Source of the DNA: a virus
Taxonomy: Duplodnaviria; Caudoviricetes
IMG/VR virus record: IMGVR_UViG_3300044522_000230
Span: 1-32,561 of that record
Direction: 5' to 3' (one strand)
DNA length: 32,561 nt
The notes under the pieces are model-generated. The model worked only from the letters and a program-made list of their open reading frames with translations, was not told the DNA's origin and searched no databases. The position numbers and the translations under genes are program-made. Of this stretch, positions 1-10,300 are shown one piece after another (positions within the stretch are counted from its first letter, which is position 1; each line of letters opens with the position of its first letter).

Positions 1-37
1 AGAAGGAAGACGTTGTCAAACTACTGAAAGAACCACG

Positions 38-502
38 ATGCCGACATGGAAGTGCGTCATTCCGGGTTATGACCTGATTTCACCAAACAAGTTGATTCGT
101 ATGCCTTGGTATAGACAAGCAAAAGAAAAAGAACAAGCAATGAACATGGTGTTCATTCACGGAAGACCGCTTCCGGTTTTTGATTGCCCTGTGCGTATGG
201 TGATTGCCCGTATGTTTGGCAAGGGTCAGCGTCCATTGGACACTGACAATCTGTACGGCGGTTGCAAGTTGCTTATTGATTCATTGAAAGCACCAAAGGG
301 ACGATCAAAGCGTGGGCTATCAGTGATCATCGAAGACAATCCAAAGGCACTGGACTTGACTGTAATTCAATTTAAGAACACAGAAATTTCTTGTGATGTT
401 GGAATGTGGGTATGTCCGATGACGGAAGTGCTTGACTTACCAAAACATGTCGCTATGATTTTGCAATCCTCTCAAGACGGGCGCGCATCACTTCCATCCT
501 GA
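38..502 (+). CDS. rusA: RusA-like Holliday junction resolvase / endodeoxyribonuclease
   Basis: 154 aa; N-terminal SPN motif, D-x-D-N (LDTDNL) then K-x-x-x-D-x-L (KLLIDSL) and IIEDN, matching the RusA catalytic pattern. Confidence 0.7.
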   Translation: MPTWKCVIPGYDLISPNKLIRMPWYRQAKEKEQAMNMVFIHGRPLPVFDCPVRMVIARMFGKGQRPLDTDNLYGGCKLLIDSLKAPKGRSKRGLSVIIEDNPKALDLTVIQFKNTEISCDVGMWVCPMTEVLDLPKHVAMILQSSQDGRASLPS

Positions 503-522
503 TGCGCGCCCGGTTTATTTTA
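478..522 (+). terminator. Probable intrinsic terminator of the plus-strand unit
   Basis: Perfect 13-bp stem CGGGCGCGCATCA (478-490) / TGATGCGCGCCCG (500-512), 9-nt loop, followed by GTTTATTTTA; overlaps the rusA stop codon. Confidence 0.65.
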
Positions 523-638
523 TAAATCCCGCTATTGCTTGCGGCCTGTACTGAGGTACATAGCAATTCCCTGTCAGGGGGCGGTACTGACATCACTTCA
601 CGAAACCAAGTTCGACGACGACGCACTGGCTTGGGTTT

Positions 639-654
639 GTCCGGCGCGCCGGAC
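639..654. repeat. Dispersed palindrome GTCCGGCGCGCCGGAC, copy 1 (intergenic, followed by TTTTT on +)
   Basis: Direct reading; 16-mer identical to the five other copies. Confidence 0.97.
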
Positions 655-749
655 TTTTTGTGACGGGCAGGGTGCAACATCCGGATGCCTGAACCAAACA
701 CCGATTGCCCGACTCCGCAAGGGGTCGGTGTGCCTTCATGTGGCGTGAA

Positions 750-872
750 TTACTTCTTCCAGTTCTTCTTCATGGCTGCATATGCCTTGTCGCTAATCGT
801 TGACTTCGACTTCGGGCGTGAAGTTCCCGCTGCCTTGCGCTTGTTGATATTTCCGACCAATGAGTTCTTCAT
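750..872 (-). CDS. Small basic phage protein, 40 aa (not in ORF track)
   Basis: Manual translation MKNSLVGNINKRKAAGTSRPKSKSTISDKAYAAMKKNWKK; ATGA overlap with the upstream gene stop; resembles a recurrent small protein of aquatic phages (recall). Confidence 0.75.
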   Translation of the reverse strand: MKNSLVGNINKRKAAGTSRPKSKSTISDKAYAAMKKNWKK

Positions 873-1105
873 GAGCAGCCCCATCTCTTTCTTGCTGCTT
901 TGCCGCGTTCACCTGTCCACGAACCACTACGCGCACAAAACGATTTGTGACGCGGGTTGTCGCTGTCCTTTGTTGGAGCCTTGAGGTTGCTTCCAGTTGC
1001 GCTGTTGTACTTGGCTCGACCCTTGGCGGTCAGACCAGCACCCTTGGCAACGGACAACTTCTCGCCTCGACCAACCGATAGATTTGGATCTTTCTTCTTT
1101 GCCAT
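869..1105 (-). CDS. Small basic phage protein (DUF6321-like)
   Basis: 78 aa with GLTAKGRAKYN...NLKAP...KSFCAR...RWGC pattern (family name from recall); RBS TAAGGA upstream. Confidence 0.8.
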   Translation of the reverse strand: MAKKKDPNLSVGRGEKLSVAKGAGLTAKGRAKYNSATGSNLKAPTKDSDNPRHKSFCARSGSWTGERGKAARKRWGCS

Positions 1106-1113
1106 GTGTTTCC

Positions 1114-1356
1114 TTAAAAGGCTGACAAGTACGCACCCATCTTGTTTCCGTTGGCGTCAAACTCCTGTGCCGCTATGGCTGGCCTTGTCCCAAGGCGCAT
1201 AGCGCGCTCTGTGGGCGTTAGTTCAAACCAAAGCGTTGCCATAGCCTCCACGACATCAACGCCCTTTACGTTGTTCTTGACGCCGTCTACGGCGATCTTG
1301 GCGTAAGTCTCCTCCCGAATCCGTACTGAGGCTGTGAGTGGCTTTTTAGGGTTCAT
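1114..1356 (-). CDS. Putative ribbon-helix-helix DNA-binding protein
   Basis: 80 aa; N-terminal alternating strand TASVRI followed by two predicted helices (REETYAKIAVDGVKNN / GVDVVEAMATLWF); ATGA-coupled to the giant gene. Confidence 0.5.
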   Translation of the reverse strand: MNPKKPLTASVRIREETYAKIAVDGVKNNVKGVDVVEAMATLWFELTPTERAMRLGTRPAIAAQEFDANGNKMGAYLSAF

Positions 1357-4300
1357 TGTCCAATTCCTTCTGATTTGGCGATCTTGCGCGCCTTTGCTGA
1401 GGATTCAAGGTCTACACGCCTATCCAACTGTGACATAGTAACGGACTTCTTCTTATTGTCTGCACGCTGCTTGATATCAGCAAGGGTAATTGCAGCCAAT
1501 GGGTACATGCTGTTGAACTTACGGAGGGTAGCCATTGCCTCGGCACGGTTGCCACTTGCCAACTGGGTTGCAGCCTTGTCAGATGCGTTATCAACCTCTG
1601 CGCGGATAATGCGAAGACGCTGGTATTCCATTGACCAGTTGGATTCGGTGACCGTTCGGAAAGCAAGCAACTTCATCCATTGGTCAGAGGTTTCTAGTTC
1701 AAACGTCTTACGACCCTTGGCATCTTGATATGCATGGTCGCCGTTGATCATCTTCATGAGCGTAATAAGCGGCTGAACCGACGGACTGCTGTCAACGATG
1801 GCTCGCGTTGCGCGTTCTCCATAACCCATTTCAACAGCAGTTTCGGCAGACAGGTTGGTTGCTGTCTGAATAAGCGTGTTGATTGTCGGGCCAGCAACGG
1901 TTGCGCCGATCTTCTCGTAGATGTTTCTGCCGAATGGCTTGTTAAGCAAACTAATCGAACCAGAAATGTCAAGCCCAACAGCAGCAGGTAGACCCATGAT
2001 TGCAATGTCTGCGGCACGGGCAGATCCAAGTTTGTCTTCCAAGTACTTGTGCAACAGGAAGTTCATGTCATCAGCACCTTCTTTATCGCCACGGTAAAGC
2101 GAATAGATGACACCGATGGCACTTGTTCCAACGAGCGCATTAAAGCCACCCATGATTCCGAGGGTTCCCAAGTAACGAGCGGCTCCGCTGTAGTTGCCTC
2201 TCTGGAATTCGTTTACAAGCAGTCCAAGACTGTTGATTGCAAACCGGCGGTATTGCAATGCTGTCGAAGCAACTGGCCCGCGAAGCAAGTAAGGCATGTT
2301 TGCCTTGGTGTAATGGAACTGCGTATACACGTTGCCGTAAATACGAGCGTATCGGGCAGCCTCTCCTTCGCTCATACCAAGATTTGTCGTTGCGTGCCAA
2401 TACATTGCAATGAACGAGAAGTTCTGGTTTCGTGATTCAGCACCAAGATTTACACCAGTGCCAGCCTCAATACGAGTATTCATTGCAGAAACAAAGTCGT
2501 AGACATCAGCACCAAGTGCCGTTTCGTTGCCTTCTCGGAAACGACCGGATGCGTCAAATACACCGTGCTTCTTGAGAATTGCCTTTGCTTCTGCTGTGTT
2601 ATAGAAAGCAATAGCCTTGGCAAAGTTTGCTTCTCCCATGATTGGGTAGATTGTTTGCAAGGGCTGCAACGAGTTAACCGCCATCTGACGCACAGTGAAC
2701 AACTGTCGTGCATAGTTCAAAGCGCGCGCCGAATTCAAGAAGCGACGGGTAAAGAATGGCGAGGTTAATCCAAGCGTCATCTTGTTCACCATGCCGTCAA
2801 TGACTTGCTCGGTCACTGTTGGCTTGGTAAACAGCGTGTGCTGCATTGTCTCAGTCAGGTACTCAGCCCACGCTGGGTAGGACTTGCGAAGTTCCTCAAT
2901 CTGCGGAGTCACGGTGCGGATCATTTCGCCGCCCATCGTCCAACGATTGTGAAGTCGTTCCGACATCTTCCAGACTTCCATAAAGTCTGTTTCAAATCCC
3001 TTTGCGCCAGTGCGCTCAATCAACGCGCCGTAGAACGGACGCTTGTTTGAATGCGTCGTTACGATCCCGCGCATTGCATCAGATACGTCCTTGCTGTACG
3101 CACCAGTGGCATCAGCAAGCAACTTACGCAACCGGTTGCGCTGTGCGGCAGACAATGCAATGGCTTCGTCTGTGTTGATAAAGACCGCTGGCTCCGCAGT
3201 CCATCTGACGTATTCGGTTGGATTGTCCTTCTTGTGCATTGCCAGACGCTGGAACGCCTCTGGTTCTGTGAACGCACTGCCAATGATTTCCTTAGTTCCG
3301 TCAGCCTTGTATGCAACTAACTTGAGGTCGCCTTGGAACCAATGGAACATATGCGCGTATTGACGACCCCAAGTATCTGGAACCATTTCCTTGGCAAGTT
3401 CATCTCTTGCTTCGTCAATGGTGATAAGTGCCGTTTCTGTTTGAATCATTCTCCTGCTACGAGGCCCCAGTTCAACAGACCAAGTGCGCCCGATGTTGTT
3501 TGCCTTCTCAACGATCTCGTCTGAATTGTCTGAGTCAAGAACCTTACGCATAGCCCGACGGCGGATGTCAATGATTTCCGTTCGTCGGATTTCTTCGCGC
3601 GTCTTGAACCACTTGAGTGCATCGCGGAACTGCTGGGACTTGTCGGCAAACTCAGGGTCGGTATCAATGGTTGCCGGATCGTAATACTCGTCCATGTACT
3701 TAGCAAACTCTTCGCCCTTGCGTTCTGATCGTGGAATGGATGCCCACACAGCCTTCGCCTCGTTGGTTCTGCTTGCAGTAACCATATTGCGACGCATGTC
3801 TGCATCAATCAAGTCTTCAACGATCTTGATGACCGGTGCAATCTTGGAAGCAATGGCCAAGTTCAACGGTGCAGCAATGTATTTCCACAGAGGAGATACG
3901 TCTTTGTTTCGTGACAGGATCTCAATGTCTTCATCCCCGCTGTCTAGCGAAACGTATGGGAACGTTTCCTTAGTTCCTACACGTTGGGCAATTCCCTTGA
4001 CGCCGTTAAACAAGCGCGACATTTGATTTTGCACCGCGTCAAACCTGTCTACAACGTCAGCAGTCAGCGATTGATCAAGCGTTGATTGAATGTCTGCAAT
4101 ATTTGCAAAACCACCAGCAGCGTCTGCAATTAAACGCTCAAATCTAGTTTTTGTAGTTGTTGAATCAACTGTTTCAGGAACAGCATTGATTCTTGTAATT
4201 GCATTATCGCCTAAAATTCCAAAAGACACTGGTCTGTAACGAATTGGCTTTTCACGATCTTCGTACCACGATTGATCGTTATTTGCAATAATAGATACAA

Positions 4301-7300
4301 GCCTAGTAAGTTCGTCAAGAACATTAGTGCGAACTTCCTCACCTTCATTTAAGGTGTTTCCACGGTCTACGCGCTCTATTTCTAAACTTTTCAGAAACGA
4401 TCTAAAGAATGGATTTTCTGCACCCATTGCAATAAATTCATCTACGTTTGCTAATCCGTAGCCAACATGTTGCAAAATTCTATCTGTTATTTGTGGGTTT
4501 GTTACTTGGTTGCCAGTAAAAGCCTTGGTAGCACTTTTGCTAAAAGCAGTCCTTAAAACATCTGGATAACTTCCCAATTTGTTTACAAAATTGTCATCAA
4601 TAATTTCAACGCTTTTTAATGCTGCAATTACACCTATATACAAACGGGCTAAAGAAATAAGTTCTTTTGGGGCTGACCCGGCTCTTGCAACACCATTAAC
4701 AACTGTAATCCCCATTGGCGCATCGTTTGCAAACCTCGCCATTCGTTCATAAACCGCACCCGGAATTTCATTGTTTTCTCCAGTAGTAAGTGAACGGAAA
4801 TCACCTAAATATTGCGCTGTTTGTGCAATTGTTACAGTATGTGCAACTTCATGAAGAAGAACACCGGCAAAATAATTGATTTCATCAACACTAAAATTGC
4901 CATTTAAAACACTTGTTGGTAGTGGTGTAACGACAATTCCATCTCCAATTGTGTCGTAAACGCGCTTGCTTTCTGAACCACGAATTGCAAATGAACGGTA
5001 ATTTGGCACTCTACCTTTTGGGTCAATTACAAGCACATATTTTGCGTTTGCATACCCAAGCATAGCGTTTAGATTTGTTAATAGTTCTGCCGTAAGTTCA
5101 TCAGTTACTTTATCTTCAACAACAATTTTCTGTATCCAATTTTGTAGATAAGCAGTGTTGGCAATGTTTTTAATTTTAAAATATACAGGTTTTTCATCCC
5201 ACCTAAAATGATGTTTTGGCACCGTGTAATACTTACCAATCAAACTTTTATCAATTTTGTCTGTTGTTAGAAGAATAACGTCTTTTGGATCTATTTCTAT
5301 TTGCCCCGGCACTTCCTGAATTGCAGTATCAATCCAAGTACCGTCGAGTGATTGATCCATTGCTGAAGGCGTAATGTGTCTGTCAGGATCAGATGCATCC
5401 AACTTGGTTTCGGCTTGTGGATCATTAGCAGCATTTTTAAAGAACTCAGCCAACGACCTAAAGGTGGCTGTAGTTGGTTTGGCCTTGCGAACCAACTTAA
5501 TACCACGTTCTGTGGTAATTGGGTTTTCAAAATCAAACCACTTGTCTAGGTTCTTAAAGAACCGCAGCGCATCTACACCGCGCTCGTTTGGAGCGGTTAT
5601 AGACAGAAGACTTTGCTTTGCTGTTTTGTCAACAACAAACTCAGTACCCAGCCCCATTGATTCTGAGAACTCAAGGTTCTTACCAGTGTTTGGACGACCA
5701 TTAACAAAGAATGGGTCTAGTTCAAGAATGTACCCCTTACTCTTTTGACCAAGAGCAAGGTCAATATTGTCGCTGACATAGAAGGGCATGTGAATCCTAA
5801 AGCCCTGTGTGATCTTTGCAACCAATTGCTTCATATCAGCAAGGCCGCTTTCGTGGAACACAGTTCGACCGTCAGGGACAATAGCCGCAAGATTTGGCTG
5901 TCTTACTTCGCCTTCATACTTTGGCTTGCCTTGGCTGGTCAGCGTTGGAAACTGGCCAGTAGGCTTTGCAGACGGCCAACGCGGGTCAGTTGGCTTAATG
6001 ACAACAACAGATTCTAAGGCTCGCTCTAATTGAAGTTTGTTTCTTAGTTTGTTGTCGCTAATAAGCCCATCGTCATCAATTGATTGGTCAATGTTTGCAG
6101 TCTCTGTTGAGAACGCCCCACTGTTGGTAGTTGCCTTGATCTGCTTGGGATCGAATGCAACAAACGTGGTGCCGACAATGCGCTCGTCGCCATCAAGACC
6201 AACATCAGCAACGTTCATTGCAATCAAGCCGTCGTAGCCGTCGCGCTTTGCTTCTGCAACCAGTTCGTCAATAGACGAGAAGATCTTCTCCTCTTTGCCA
6301 GTGTCCTCGTCAATGTTGATGCCATCAAAGTTCAGGCCATCAAAGTCAACAATTAGTGGGTTTTGCAGACTGAGGTACACCGGAATGATCCGTTTACCGT
6401 AGCCCTTTGCGTTCTCTTGTTCATCGGAGAAGTAGAAGCCATCAATCTTGCGCTTGACGTTTTTGCCAACTGACTCTGGGCTGAACGCATCAAACGCGGT
6501 TTCGTTTGTTCCGTGATAGACAACAATGGGGTTGCCATTGCGAGACACCTTACTTTTGCCAAACCACTTGCGGAAAGCCGGTGTCTTAGTCTTTGGGTCA
6601 ACGGTTTCGTCACCAGAGATTGATTGGTCAATCTCAGCATCAGTGCCCTTGGCTTTTTTAGATTTTTTCCCTGCAATTCTGTCGGTGTAATTTGCAATAG
6701 AAATAGCGCGTATTTCTTTTGATGTTGCAAACGATGCATTTTTTAAATTCGTAAACGCAATCGTCTTTGCTATTCGATTAAATTCTGCTAGTGAAATTCC
6801 AATAAAACCAGCAGCCCGTTCAAACGAGTAACCGACAGCACCTAATTTAACGTCGAAAGACGCCCCACGCATATTTCCAGAACCTTCGGTTAGATATTTA
6901 AGACGGCCATCATTAGTCCACAATGCTGTTTTGTCTAAAAAACTGTTGAAATTATCTGCTGCTTTTACAGACAAAAACCCGTTATCAAATGAAGCCTTGT
7001 CTTTCTTGCTAAGTTTTTCATAACCGTCTGTGTCTTTAAAGTCTGTAATGGGATTTGAGTATCCAAGTCTTTCATCGTCTAGCGCATATTTTTCAAAGAA
7101 ATCACCAAGTGCAATTACTCCGTTAGCGTCAGCCATTTCTTTAAAATCATCAACAGTAAGTCGCTTTTCACGAACCGGATTAAACTTTTCGGTTGGTTTT
7201 GCCTTTGTTGTTGGCTTTTTGGCTGGCTCTGCTGCTGGCTTCAAGTCCGGCGCGCCGGACTTTTTGGTTGGCTTGGGCGTTAACTTTTTTCCTGCCTTGG

Positions 7301-10300
7301 CTATTTGTGCATATCGCACTACAGCAGCAACTGCGGGTTTCATTAAACCCCAGTCGTTTTTAAATGGCCGTATTAGATTAAACGTTTTGTCTAATCTCAT
7401 TTCGTCACTGTTGTAGACAGATAAAAATTCTTCGTTGGTCAACCCATAAACCTTCAGAACGTCTTGAAGTGCCATCCATTTTGGTTTTGTGTCGCCAACA
7501 GCAGTCAGCGTTGGTTCAAAACCAACAACATCTTCAAAATCTATAGTGGGTTTTTCTTTTTTCTTTTTGGGTTGCTTTGGCTTTTCCGGGATTCTTTTTG
7601 GCTCTTGCTCTTCTTCGGCGTCGTCCATCCAAGGTTCGTCGTTAACAATTTCATCGTCTGCTACGTCGTTTGGATCAGCAACGTCAGTTCTGTCTTCTTC
7701 GTCTTCGTCAATAGGTTCCTTTGATGGCGTCGGGGCTGGCTTCTTAGATGTGCCGCCCTTGCCCTTGCCCTTGCCCCCAGTTGGCTTCCTTGGCTTGGTT
7801 GGTCGCCTTGGCCCAACACCACCATCCTCGTCGCTATCGTCAAGCGGCGGGATCTCGTTGTTAATCTCTGCTTGGGTCAACGGCTTGGCGTCTAGCCCAT
7901 CAACAAGATCAACCTTGCCCTTACGAACTTCCATCATCTGAAGCAACGACTTCGCAAACAAACTAGCAACCATTGCACGACGCTTTGGATTTGCAAGTTC
8001 TTCAAGTTTGCCATCAGCAAGACGCCTGACAGCATTTACTTGTGCAGAATTCATGCCGCGCAATGCCAACGGAACTTTAAGCACGGTCATAATGTCTTGG
8101 ATGACCGATGTAATCCCAGCCAATGTCCTGCTTGCCCGTGGGCCTTCTGCAAGTCGTTCTAGTTTGTCGTAATCAGGCTTGCCGTTCTCGTCAACAAAGG
8201 AGAAGAAAGCAGCGTCCATAAGCATGGTTGCAACGCCAGCAACCTCTTCTTCTGCAAGCGTTTGTTCTGTTGGCTTTGCAGCCGCCTTGACAGACCGTAC
8301 AAGTGCCTTAAATCGCTTTACAACCGCAGCCGATTGCTCTTGGTTGCTTTCAAACAGCCCTTGATTATTTAGCGCATTGGCTAGATTTGCAGGTAGGTTG
8401 GCTCGCAGATTGTCCAAATCTTTGCCGGTGCCGTTTCGCACAAACCAAAGGAATTGCTTGACTTGGCTTTCTGCGGTAACGGTACCGGCTTCTTCGGCAA
8501 CCAACTCATCAAACAATTTGGTTGCAGCGGCTACCGGTGCTTGCGTTTCAATTTGCATTGCACGGAGTCTGAACCAACGTTCTGACTGAATACGCAATGC
8601 TCTTGGTGCCTTGGAACGCAGCAGTTTCAAAAGATCATTGAAGCGTTGTGGAGATGTCTTTGCAAGGGCATGAATAGTCTCATGCACTGCAATTGCCCAC
8701 ATAGACGCCGGGTTGTTAGCCATTGCACTGTTGATGAATACAACACCATCTTGCTGTGCGCCGTTGGTTTTAATCGGCTTACTTGCTTTGACAAACACAA
8801 CCGTTATGCCAAGTTTGTTTCCAAAGTTGATGAGATAGCGTTCTTGCGTTGTTAGTACAGTTTCGCCGTCATCCCAACGCATATCAATGTCGCTTGCATC
8901 AACAGCGTTGACAGTAGCAATTTGGTTCCTAGCACTCAGGATGGTTTGCAAACGCGCTTCTGCCGATGCCGACGGGAACGTTTCCGTGCGCTCAACCTTT
9001 ACAGGTGGTACATGGACACCCTCTGAGGTTTGACCCAACCTGCCAGATATCTCTTCTGTAACAAGACGTTGTCCGCCGATCTTGAGATCCAATGCATCAA
9101 TGTCTTTTTCGAGTTTCTTTTCTTCGTCAGTCTTTTTAGCGCGAACACCACGGGGGCGACCGTCCGGGTAGAACCGAGCAGCACCCTCCATTGCAGATCG
9201 TTGCTTCTCAAGAGCAGCACGCTGCTGCACAAGGTCATTCATTACCTTTGCTGCTGCTGTTTGCTCACTAATAACAGCAGCGCGAATAGCGTTTGCTACA
9301 CGTTCTTTAGATGGCGTTCCGTCTGCTGTTACAGGATCAAGGCCACGGCGAATGTTGTCAATCTTTGTAAGAAGACGCGCTTCGTGGTTGCCTTCTGCCT
9401 CAAGACTTTGAATAGTCTCAACATCAACCGCATCAACAAGGTCGGCAAGCGCAGGGTTGCTGTCTACAACGCCACGCAACTCAACGCCCAGTGCAGACCC
9501 GCTTTCAATGACTACAGCAACGTCCTTGATTGTCTCGTCGTCAAGTTCTGTGTCTGGCTCGCTTTCAATGCGTGATAAGCCAAGTAGGGTTTTTATGGCG
9601 TTTGGTCTGCTGACCACATGCGCCGGGTCGCTGATTATGTTGCTGTCCTCAATTGCAATAGCAAGGGCAGCACGCAACTGGGATTCTTCAATAATCTTGG
9701 CTGCATCCTCGGCAGCCCGGTCAACAGCACCCATACGAGCGTTGTCGTCATTTGTAATGTCATTAACAATGGTGTTAAACGCATCTATAGCAGACATATC
9801 AACGCCACCGAAGCGGTCGTAGTAATCAAGTGTTAGTCCAGAAACACTCTGGAGTTCGTTTACAACGAGATATGCTTGCCATGCAATCATTGCCAAGTCA
9901 ATGTTGCCGCTAAAAGTATCGGTAACGCTGTCTGAAAAGTTCTTAAAAGCATCAACAAAACGTTGCGATGCGTCTTCCAATGCAATTCGCGCAACGGTTA
10001 CCTTTACACGTTCAGCCTCAGCATCCTCTCTTTCGCGTTCAGCAGCCAATGCTCTCGGACTCATGGCACCAGCACGGGTTTCTGCTGTTCCACGGGCAAC
10101 GTTTGCTTCGGTCATTGACGACCGCGCGCGGCGATCTGCAATGTCTTTCAACGCAAGCGTGCCGCCAGCAAGTGCTTCTTGCCGTGTCTTTGCTTGCTCT
10201 TCTCTGAGCAGTATTGCATTCTCTGGCGAAAGACCAAGCGCAACGCGCTCTAAGTCTGCGCCACTCAGGCCAGTAAGCGATTCAATTGCGCTTCTTGCAG

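Noticed and set aside
453-701. 82-aa minus-strand ORF containing KKSGAPDKPK
   Set aside because: No RBS, overlaps the rusA 3' end and its terminator, Arg-rich shadow-like composition; treated as non-coding, though not strictly excluded.
513-749. tRNA or hammerhead ribozyme in the structured gap
   Set aside because: No cloverleaf with a properly placed T-loop, and no CUGANGA core paired with the CGAAAC at 601.
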